From assembly GCA_043754515.1 (NCBI GenBank), contig JAYUUO010000241.1, positions 1 to 26,462 of the forward strand: DNA of 26,462 nt, read 5' to 3'. How positions within the stretch are numbered: position 1 is the stretch's first letter; every line of letters starts with the position of its first letter. The stretch comes from Armatimonadota bacterium. GTDB taxonomy: Bacteria; Armatimonadota; Armatimonadia; Armatimonadales; Armatimonadaceae. The notes under the pieces were generated by a model that made no database searches, was not told the origin of the DNA, and worked only from the letters and a program-made list of their open reading frames with translations. The translations under genes were made by a program, and so were the position numbers. Positions 1-7,629 of the stretch are shown one piece after another.

Positions 1-44
1 GCTTTGAGGGCCGATGGGTACTGTTTCCGGGTGCTTTTCATCAT
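1..44 (-). CDS. IS3-family transposase OrfA, N-terminal fragment (partial)
   Basis: Translation MMKSTRKQYPSALKA matches the RKxYSxEFKAKVALEA start typical of HTH_Tnp_1 OrfA proteins. Only 15 codons are visible. Confidence 0.75.
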   Translation of the reverse strand, partial: MMKSTRKQYPSALK

Positions 45-99
45 GGTTATCCACCTTAATAGAACCCGATTTTCTGTCTAAAATTATGGGACCATTATA
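1..99 (-). mobile_element. Left end of an IS3-family insertion sequence (IRL plus start of orfA); the element continues off the left edge
   Basis: The minus strand from 99 reads TATAATGGTCCCATAATTTTAGACAG, which resembles IS3-family terminal IRs. It is followed by an SD (AAGGTGGA) and MMKSTRKQYPSALKA. The sequence is AT-rich and switches abruptly to GC-rich at 100. Confidence 0.8.
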
Positions 100-101
100 A
101 G

Positions 102-350
102 ATACGGGTGGCGATCGCCGCCGCGCCGAACTACGCCCCCGCGCGCCGGATGCTCTGCGACTTGTTGGTCAACGAGTCACAGATTGACAGCTTCTACAAG
201 CGAGGCGCGAAGGCCGACGTCGGCAGGGAGGAGGCGGTCCGCATCTACCGCCGCGCCGCTCGACACGGGCGCGACGAACGCCGCCGCGCAAAAGGCTCTG
301 CATTCCGACTGGCTAACCGGGGGGCCGAGGGCCGCGCGACAATAGTCTAG
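102..350 (+). pseudogene. 3' remnant of a TPR-like protein interrupted by the IS3 element
   Basis: The frame is open from the IS junction. RVAIAAAPNYAPARRMLCDLL and REEAVRIYRRAA resemble TPR helices, and there is no RBS before the GTG at 108. Confidence 0.45.
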
Positions 351-458
351 CACGTGGGCATGTTCCTCGTAATTGCACCCCGGAGTCCCTTCCAGGGTGA
401 GGTCACGCGAGAGGTTAGACGGTGGACGTCTCGGAGACAACCGGGGTAAACTCCTGGG

Positions 459-1757
459 TCACCCCTCGGCGGCCGCGGACGTCGAAACTCCCTGTAGCCC
501 GTCCAGAAGCGTGTGTAGCCGGGCCTGAACGTCGGCGGTGACGTGGGCGACCTCGGCACGCTTATCGGCCTTGTATGCCTCGGTCCGCTCGCTCATAGAG
601 AACGGCTTGCTTAACGCCACCGTGACATCGCACAGAGGATGCGTGCGCTTCTCGCCGTATATCTCGGCTTCGAGGCGTACCAGCATCTCGCGAATCTGTT
701 CCAGCGTCGCGTCCGCTTCGAGACGCTTTTCTCGCACACCCATGAAGTTCTCCACCCGCCGCAGATCCGCGAGGCAGGCGTCGGCGATCCACTCGCGCCG
801 CTCCTGAAGCCGGTGATCGTAGCGCGTGCCACCGTGCTCCATTTTCTCGCGGTAGGCGTACGCCGCGTTGAACAGCGTGCGCATTCGGTGTACCAGCACC
901 GTCTCCTTCGGGAGTGGGACGCGGAGCATGGCGGCGACGCGGGTTTCGAGCGACGTGTACAGCACGCCCAGCCGGTCGTTGGTGTCGGCGCGCGCGCCGG
1001 TCGGCAGGTCGTACTCCTTTTCGATGCCCGCGAGGATCGTTAGCGACGCGTCGCGCGTGCGCCGGTACAGCGACGCGTGCGTTTCGGGCGTAATCCCGAG
1101 GTCTCGCTCGATGTGCTCTAACGCGTGCGTGATCTGGCGCCGGGCGTCGTGCGCGTCCACGAACCGGTATTTAATCGCGACCGGTTGTAACAGGATGTCC
1201 GCCTCGGGTTCCGTCTCGCTCAGTTTCTCCCGCGCCCAGAACGCGACCTGGGCGAAGCCGGAGTTGAGCGGGAGCAGGTAATCGTTCTGCCCGTGCGCTT
1301 CCCCTTCGGCGAACAGCACCAGTTTCCCCGACGGGACCAGGAGCGACGCCTGGCATTTGCGGAGCGCGGCACGATCGGGCATTCCCCGCCGGATCGGGAA
1401 CGCGCCGATGCGGGCGACCACCGCGCCGACCGCGCCCTCGAACAGCTCCTGCATCGCGGTGTAGCGGAACGGCTCGCCCAGTATCCGCGACAGGCCGAAC
1501 ATGACCGGCGGGTCGGTAGCGGTCGGGTGGTTGGGCAGAAACAGCACCCGCTTGCCGCGCAGTGCCATCAGCCGCGCCTCGTCTTCCGGCGTCGCGAAAC
1601 GGATAGCAGTGACATGCTCGCGTATCCGCATGATGCGCGCATAAGCGACGTTGACGATGCGGCTCACGCGTTCATCAATGGGCGGCAGATCGGCGGACAG
1701 GTCGGCGGGCGACGGGGGATGGGCTTGCGCGTCGGCGCGGGCGGCAACTTCGGACAT
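459..1757 (-). CDS. 1-acyl-sn-glycerol-3-phosphate acyltransferase (PlsC-like) family protein with a long helical C-terminal region
   Basis: Catalytic HxxxxD motif (PNHPTATD), GAFPIRRG block II, FAEGE block III and PVAIKY block IV. Confidence 0.88.
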   Translation of the reverse strand: MSEVAARADAQAHPPSPADLSADLPPIDERVSRIVNVAYARIMRIREHVTAIRFATPEDEARLMALRGKRVLFLPNHPTATDPPVMFGLSRILGEPFRYTAMQELFEGAVGAVVARIGAFPIRRGMPDRAALRKCQASLLVPSGKLVLFAEGEAHGQNDYLLPLNSGFAQVAFWAREKLSETEPEADILLQPVAIKYRFVDAHDARRQITHALEHIERDLGITPETHASLYRRTRDASLTILAGIEKEYDLPTGARADTNDRLGVLYTSLETRVAAMLRVPLPKETVLVHRMRTLFNAAYAYREKMEHGGTRYDHRLQERREWIADACLADLRRVENFMGVREKRLEADATLEQIREMLVRLEAEIYGEKRTHPLCDVTVALSKPFSMSERTEAYKADKRAEVAHVTADVQARLHTLLDGLQGVSTSAAAEG

Positions 1758-1856
1758 GGTGCGTTAGGATTCGTTCCGCGTGGGGGTTTATCCTGCGTCG
1801 CCGCTCTGTAGCCACCCCATCATCCGGCAGGATTCCGACCAGCGGAAGCCGAACGG

Positions 1857-2016
1857 TGCCTTATAGACTGAATCAGATGGCCAACCAAACATTATCCTAT
1901 TGGGACCCCCGAGTGATCCGCCATGGCGACGAGACCGGTGTGTAGCTTGCTATCCATGAGGTCTACTTCTCGGAGAACGGGGAAGCAGTCACGTATACGG
2001 AGGATGCCTTATAGAC
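1857..2016. repeat. 12-bp direct repeat TGCCTTATAGAC (1857-1868 and 2005-2016) flanking an AT-richer 136-bp segment
   Basis: Both copies are read directly from the sequence and are identical. Confidence 0.75.
1877..2014 (+). pseudogene. Truncated small hypothetical protein of the WxYRV...IHEVYY type, with an internal TAG
   Basis: Reads MANQTLSYWDPRVIRHGDETGV*LAIHEVYFSENGEAVTYTEDAL*. The internal TAG is at 1943-1945, and the terminal TAG is supplied by the second direct repeat. Family resemblance is from recall only. Confidence 0.5.
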
Positions 2017-2156
2017 CTGCCTCCGCCACCCGTCTGTTCCGTCCCGCAGGCTTCGTGGCGGGGAGTCGGGGTCGGCTCGGTCGCCCCGGCACTTCGGGGG
2101 GGGGGGGCGCGCCCCCGGCCCCCGGGGGGGCCAAAGCGTCGGGCGCGCGGACTCCT

Positions 2157-2183
2157 GCCCCCGGCAGGTAGCCTGCCGGGGGC
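2157..2183. repeat. Perfect 12-bp GC-rich hairpin (GCCCCCGGCAGG-TAG-CCTGCCGGGGGC)
   Basis: Inverted repeat read directly; no U-tract follows it. Confidence 0.6.
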
Positions 2184-2324
2184 GCGTCTGGGGAGGGCAC
2201 CGGGCTCCGCGCGGGCCATGGGATCGCTGACATGTTGCCTCGCGACCTGGCGATCTGGCACGGCTGAATAGTTACCTTCCGCGCACGGCAACCGCGACAT
2301 AGTGTGCGCGGCGCGGTTGCCGCG

Positions 2325-2528
2325 CTTCCCGCCTGGGTGTTCCACGGCGACGTGGACGGGAGCGTACTCATCGCCGAAGGGTGACAGATGGCCGCCGCGC
2401 TACTCGCCCGCGAATCAAACGAGCATGTTACAACGAATATTCCGGCGTCGGCCACAATAGTTGGGACTACGCCTACTAAGGAACCGGAACTGCTCTGCTG
2501 GATTCTGTCCCAGAGGCGAAAAAAGTAG
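2325..2528 (+). pseudogene. C-terminal remnant of an alpha/beta-hydrolase (COG4099-like predicted peptidase/esterase)
   Basis: Stitched translation: LPAWVFHGDVDGSVLIAEG*QMAAALLARESNE / YNEYSGVGHNSWDYAY / KEPELLCWILSQRRKK*. It has the catalytic Asp (FHGDxD) and His (GHNSW) motifs, a TGA at 2382-2384, and frameshifts near 2428 and 2477. Confidence 0.8.
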
Positions 2529-2597
2529 GAGCGAAACGGAGTGAGACGAAGCAGTCGGCGCGGCGACGCCGACTACTTCATCTCAATGCGGGGGCGT

Positions 2598-3298
2598 CTA
2601 CGCGGCGGGGATGGCTTTCTTGCGGCGGAGAAGAATGGCCCCCGCGAGCGCGAAGGCGAGCGGCGGAAGCACGAGTGCGGCGGTTCCGGCTTCGGGCACC
2701 ACGGTCGGTGCCACGCCGCGAATACCGATCGTGAAGCCGTTCCAGTTCCCCGCCGTCAGGCTGTCCCACGTGATGGAGGAGAACGTCCCTGAAACTCGAT
2801 CAAACCATGCGGTTCGCCCGTACCGTCAAGCTCAAACAGGCCACCGCTCGTTACCTGTCGGGTCAGCGTCCCGTTGCCCCAGAACCCCTGCCCGAAACTC
2901 AAGATGGAAAAGTCGCGGTCAAAGCGGTACCCGTTGCCGTTCAGACTCACTACCGCGAACAGTGGGTTCGTGACGGGTTGGGAGAACGTGATCGTTTTGG
3001 TACTCGCCTGTGAAATGGCGATGATGTCCGGCGTCGGCGGCGCGTTCGGAACGGTCGCGCTGATATACGGCGCGGACGGGTTCCAATAGTCCGTACCACC
3101 ACTAGTCTGTAGGGACTGGATTTCGCCGGCATACGCCACTCCCACCGTGGTCGTACCGACGGTGAGCGAGCCGACAGCCGCGCCGTTGGTACCGGCGGTG
3201 CCGCCGGTCCAGTCGGTCCAGATAACTTGTGCGTGGACGGCGTTCTGACACAGCGCGGTCAGACTAAGAACACAAGCGAGAACGAGAATACGTTTCAT
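2598..3298 (-). pseudogene. PEP-CTERM sorting-domain surface protein with a single frameshift near 2788
   Basis: Signal peptide ending AVHA-Q, then a Gly/Thr-rich body to HGLIEFQG. Adding 1 nt at CAGGGACG continues as TFSSITWDSLTAGNWNGFTIGIRGVAPTVVPEAGTAALVLPPLAFALAGAILLRRKKAIPAA* (TAG at 2598-2600), i.e. VPE motif, TM helix and basic tail. Confidence 0.85.
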
Positions 3299-3506
3299 AC
3301 GTCACCTTTCCCGGCGTGGGGACAGTGTTAGATTGTTAAGAGAGCCACCACGCGGCTGTCATGCTCGGCGGTATCATTCACTTTGCTAGAGCAGTCAGCT
3401 GGCAACCAGTCTACCCAACTTTCGGCGATACAACCATAAATCTGTGTAAACCAACCAGGCGAGTGCAACTATTTTTCTACTTAAACGTCATAATAGGCCA
3501 TACCGT

Positions 3507-4487
3507 ATGACCGTTACCGCACTCACCGCCCCCGTTACCTCCACCGTCACCGATTCCGCTGTATCCGCCACGGTCGCCTCCGTCGTCGGGCTGACCGTTC
3601 GCTACGGCTCCCGCGCCATTCTGGAGGACTTTTCGCTCAACGTGCCCGCCGGTTGCGTCGGACTGCTCGGCCCGAACGGCGCGGGCAAGTCCACGCTGAT
3701 CAAAACCATGCTCGGGTTCCTGACCCCGGCGAGTGGTACCGGGAGCGTGCTCGGCATGGACATAGGGCGCGAGCCGCTCCGCATCCGCCAGCGCGTCGGC
3801 TTGATGCCCGAGCAGGACTGCCACATTCCGGGCATGAACGCCGTGACGTTCGTCGCGTACGCCGGGGAACTCGCCGGAATGCCGCCGAACCAGGCATTGC
3901 GCCGCGCCCACGAGGTGCTGGAATACTGCTCGCTCGGCGAGGCGCGGTATCGCAACGTCGAGACGTACTCGACCGGCATGAAACAGCGCATCAAGCTCGC
4001 GCAGGCACTCGTCCACGGGCCGAAACTACTGTTTTTGGATGAGCCGACGAACGGGCTGGACCCACAAGGGCGCGACGAGATGCTGGATTTAATCCGCGAC
4101 ATCTCGCACGGCAAGGGACTTTCCGTGATTGTTTCGTCCCACCTGCTCCCCGACATCGAGCGCACCTGCGATGCTGTAGTGGTAATGAAGGGCGGACAGG
4201 TACTGCGGCAGGGACCTATCGCGGCGTTGCGCGGCACGGGCGAGGCGCAGTTCGAGGTGGATCTGCGGCTGTTCTCGGACGCGTTCGTCGCGACTTTGGA
4301 GCGGCAACAGATCACGCTCGCGCACCGGCAGGGGTCGCGATGCCGGTTCGTTTTCCCGCCCGGCACCGAAACGCGGGTGGGCAATTTGTTATTCGAGGCG
4401 GCGCGGGAGTCGGGGGCGCAGGTGCGCGGCTTCCGCCCCGCCCAGCGCAGTCTAGAAGAAGTGTTTATGGAAGCGGTGACCGCATGA
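3507..4487 (+). CDS. ABC-2 type transporter ATP-binding protein
   Basis: Walker A GPNGAGKST, signature YSTGMKQR, Walker B LLFLDEP and H-loop SSH. Confidence 0.95.
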   Translation: MTVTALTAPVTSTVTDSAVSATVASVVGLTVRYGSRAILEDFSLNVPAGCVGLLGPNGAGKSTLIKTMLGFLTPASGTGSVLGMDIGREPLRIRQRVGLMPEQDCHIPGMNAVTFVAYAGELAGMPPNQALRRAHEVLEYCSLGEARYRNVETYSTGMKQRIKLAQALVHGPKLLFLDEPTNGLDPQGRDEMLDLIRDISHGKGLSVIVSSHLLPDIERTCDAVVVMKGGQVLRQGPIAALRGTGEAQFEVDLRLFSDAFVATLERQQITLAHRQGSRCRFVFPPGTETRVGNLLFEAARESGAQVRGFRPAQRSLEEVFMEAVTA

Positions 4488-5527
4488 CGCCCGAGATTGG
4501 TACAAGTGTTGCCCCGCCGGTAATCCCCGGTGCCCCGACGCGCGAGGTCGCGCCGTCTATCGCTGACGTCAGTTACCGGGGCTACGACGGCGAACTGCGC
4601 GACCGTTCCGCCCGCTGGTGGACTATCACGCGGGCGACGCTCCGCTCCGGCTTCAAAAAACTCGGCTACTGGATTCCGGGCGGGCTGGTGCTCCTGATCT
4701 ACCTGATCAGCGGGCTGGTGTTCTATTTCACGCGCAACGTGCGGGCGCAGTTCGGCGGCGAGGCACCGGTAAATCAGTACGCGGTAGTGCTCGATCAGGG
4801 GCTTGGCGGCACGGGACTGCTCTTATTTATCGCCGCGCTGACCATCGGCGCGGGCAGTATCGCGGCGGATAACCGGGCGAACGCGCTACTGGTCTATCTG
4901 AGCAAGCCGATCACGCGCCTCGATTACCTGGTCGGAAAATGGATCGGGCTGTTCCTGCTACTCGCCGCACTATCGTTCGTCCCGGCACTGCTGATGTTCC
5001 TGTTTTTCGCGGTTGCTTACAGCGGGGACGGTTTCCTGAAAGAGAACCCGACGCTGATCCTGCGCCTCGCGGGCGCGACGCTGTTCCCCGCCGCCCTGCA
5101 CGCGTCGCTAGTGCTGGGAATCTCCGCGTGTTCGAAAAGCCCGCGCCTCGCCGGGTCGCTCTACGCCGCGCTCTACTTCGTCACGCTGATCGTCGCGCTG
5201 ACGGCGGGGAACCTGATGCAGAGCCGCGACAAGGGGGGCAAGAACGGCGCGACAATCGCGCTGGTGTCGAACCTGTCGGTGAGCGGCGTCGTGAACGGTC
5301 TCGCGGAGCATCTCTACAATCTGACGCCGCGCCAGATCGTCCAGAACGCGGGCGGGCGGCGGCGGTTCCGCAAGAAGCGTCCCGGCTCCGACGAGGAGAT
5401 GCCCCCGATCACGATCCCCGAGCGGCCGCCGCTCGTGCCGCTCCTGCTGATCGGCGGCGCGCTGATCGTGTTCCCGATAGGGGTCGCCGCCGCGCGGGTA
5501 CGGGCCGTGGAAGTGGTGAGCGGGTGA
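4484..5527 (+). CDS. ABC-2 type transporter permease
   Basis: ATG at 4484 overlaps the upstream TGA (ATGA coupling). It has multiple TM helices and the motif IAADNRANALLVYLSKPITRLDYLVGK. Confidence 0.88.
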   Translation: MTPEIGTSVAPPVIPGAPTREVAPSIADVSYRGYDGELRDRSARWWTITRATLRSGFKKLGYWIPGGLVLLIYLISGLVFYFTRNVRAQFGGEAPVNQYAVVLDQGLGGTGLLLFIAALTIGAGSIAADNRANALLVYLSKPITRLDYLVGKWIGLFLLLAALSFVPALLMFLFFAVAYSGDGFLKENPTLILRLAGATLFPAALHASLVLGISACSKSPRLAGSLYAALYFVTLIVALTAGNLMQSRDKGGKNGATIALVSNLSVSGVVNGLAEHLYNLTPRQIVQNAGGRRRFRKKRPGSDEEMPPITIPERPPLVPLLLIGGALIVFPIGVAAARVRAVEVVSG

Positions 5528-5688
5528 GCACCCCAAAGACTGGGATTGGCCCTGATGTTGCGTAGCCGTCGCGCGCCGGGATGGCGAGCCGCCCGCAAGT
5601 GCCGGGATTCGCACGGTGCTCTGACACCGCCGGTGCCGGCACCGGGCCAGAATATGTGCGCGCCGCGTGTGCGAAAAAGAAAGTAACG

Positions 5689-6624
5689 ATGATCGAATTA
5701 TCGCGGGCGTCCCGCTGGTACGGGCAGGTGATCGGGCTAAACGACGTTTCCTGCGCCATCGGCGCGGGGCTGACGGCTCTGCTCGGGCCGAACGGCGCGG
5801 GCAAGTCCACGCTCCTGAAACTGATCACCGGGCAGTTGCATCCGACCACGGGCCGGGTGACACTGCTCGGCGAGCCGCCGTTCGCGAACGGCCGCGTGCT
5901 CGGCAAGCTCGGTTACTGCCCCGAGATTGACAACTTCTACGAGGAGATGACCGGGCGCGAGTTCGTGACGCAGATGGCGCAGCTTTCCGGCATGGGCGGC
6001 ACGACCCTGAAGCGTAAGGTGGACGAGTCCATCGAGCGCGTCGGCATGAGCGACCGGTGCGACCGCAAACTCGGCGGCTACTCGAAAGGGATGCGCCAGC
6101 GGATCAAGGTCGCGCAGGGCATCGTTCACGATCCGCAAGTGCTGATCCTCGACGAGCCGCTGAACGGCCTGGACCCGATGGGGCGGCGCGAGATGTCGGA
6201 CCTGATGACCGATTTCGCGCGGCAGGGACGTTGTGTGCTGATTTCCAGCCACGTCCTGTACGAAGTCGAGCAACTAACCGACAACATCCTGCTCATGCAG
6301 CGCGGGCGTCTGCTCGCGCAGGGGAGCGTGCAGGGCATCCGGGACCTGATGGACCGGCACCCGCACCAGGTACAGATCCGCCTCGCCCCGGCGAGCGGCG
6401 GAGACGCGCGGGCACTGGCGCGGGATTTACTCGCTTTGCCGAGTGTGCTGGGGGTCAAGTTCGACGCCACGGACGCGCGGCGGCTCGACATCGAGACCGG
6501 CATGCCGGATCAGTTCTACCGCGAGTTCCCCGAGATCATTCTCGGGCGGGGCTATACGGTGGACACGTTCGACGCGCCCGACAACAATCTGGAAACGGTT
6601 CTACGGTACCTACTCGAAAAATGA
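5689..6624 (+). CDS. Second ABC-2 type transporter ATP-binding protein
   Basis: Probable start at MIELSRASRWYG. Motifs GPNGAGKST, YSKGMRQR, LILDEP and SSH. Confidence 0.93.
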   Translation: MIELSRASRWYGQVIGLNDVSCAIGAGLTALLGPNGAGKSTLLKLITGQLHPTTGRVTLLGEPPFANGRVLGKLGYCPEIDNFYEEMTGREFVTQMAQLSGMGGTTLKRKVDESIERVGMSDRCDRKLGGYSKGMRQRIKVAQGIVHDPQVLILDEPLNGLDPMGRREMSDLMTDFARQGRCVLISSHVLYEVEQLTDNILLMQRGRLLAQGSVQGIRDLMDRHPHQVQIRLAPASGGDARALARDLLALPSVLGVKFDATDARRLDIETGMPDQFYREFPEIILGRGYTVDTFDAPDNNLETVLRYLLEK

Positions 6625-7415
6625 GCGATCTATCTCTTTTCCGGAGCAGTCTGCGCGACGCGTTCCGCCCGCGCCGTCTCGCGATCCTGCTCGTGGTCGC
6701 CTTCCTGCCCGCGTTGCTTGGTCTGCTCTGGCGGTTGCTCTCCCCGGCGGGCAAGTTCGACCCGGAGTCGGTCTATGACAGCCTCGTGCCGAGCCTCATC
6801 TTTTCGTTCTCGCTCACGATCCTGTCTGTTATCTACAGCACCAACATCGTCTCGCAGGAGTTGGAGCAGCGTACGATAGTCTACCTGCTCACGCGCCCGC
6901 TCCCGCGCTGGCGCATTCTGGTCGCGAAGTTCGCGGCGAGCCTGCTGATCGTGATCGGGACGACTATGCTCTCGACCGTTCTGCTCGCGCTGGTGCTGTT
7001 CGGCGTATCAAGGTTCGGCACGGCGGGCGTCGGCCCCGACCTGCTCGCGCTACTCCTCGGCGGGTTCGCCTACGGGAGCCTGTTTCTGCTACTCGCGGTG
7101 CTTCTGCCGCGCCCGCTCATCTACGGGTTGCTGTTCGTGTTCGGCTGGGAGACGTGGGTGCCGACGCTACCGGGTGCCTTCGCGAAAATCTCGATCATGA
7201 CGTATCTGCGCGCGCTGTCTGCCCGCGAGATCACGCCCGACGCCGCGCCCGATACGGGCGGGAACATCCTGCTCGCGTTCGGTAGCGCGCCCAAGATCGT
7301 GGTGCCGATGAGTCAGGCGTGGGGGGTGTTAGTCGCGGTGACCGTGGTCGCGCTCACGCTCGCGCTGCTGATCTTCTCTACGCGCGAGTACGCGCCGCGC
7401 GACGACGCGGAGTAG
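6621..7415 (+). CDS. Second ABC-2 type transporter permease
   Basis: ATG at 6621 overlaps the upstream TGA. About 6 TM helices and the motif ELEQRTIVYLLTRPLPRWRILVAKF. Confidence 0.9.
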   Translation: MSDLSLFRSSLRDAFRPRRLAILLVVAFLPALLGLLWRLLSPAGKFDPESVYDSLVPSLIFSFSLTILSVIYSTNIVSQELEQRTIVYLLTRPLPRWRILVAKFAASLLIVIGTTMLSTVLLALVLFGVSRFGTAGVGPDLLALLLGGFAYGSLFLLLAVLLPRPLIYGLLFVFGWETWVPTLPGAFAKISIMTYLRALSAREITPDAAPDTGGNILLAFGSAPKIVVPMSQAWGVLVAVTVVALTLALLIFSTREYAPRDDAE

Positions 7416-7629
7416 ACGGGCGACGCGCTTGCAGTCGGGAGAGAGGACGATGAATTGCTCCCGTTTGCGGGTCACAAACTGGAAGGTCTTCGGCGCAGAT
7501 TTTTTCGCGGCGAACAAGACCAGGTAGACGCTCGCGTCACGCTAGTTTGATTACGGTTGCTTGCCACACTTCAATCCACGAGCGAGAACGCGGCGAAGCG
7601 GATAACTGAACGGTTCTTCCTTGATCCCG

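Noticed and set aside
1857..2016. CRISPR array
   Set aside because: Only two 12-bp repeats with a 136-bp spacer, and no cas genes or regular periodicity.
1923..2455. ORFs 1923..2171, 1989..2345 and 2009..2455 as real genes
   Set aside because: Low-complexity Pro/Arg/Gly translations with no motifs; the region is better explained by plus-strand pseudogene remnants.
4340..6620. Long N-terminal extensions of ORFs starting at 4340, 5581 and 6057
   Set aside because: The extensions from 4340 and 6057 overlap upstream genes and all three read as junk; starts at 4484, 5689 and 6621 fit the domains and the ATGA coupling.
7416..7545. Minus-strand peptide ...FIVLSPDCKRVA resembling a WD40/TolB repeat remnant
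   Set aside because: Too short, with no start or RBS; cannot be supported without a search.
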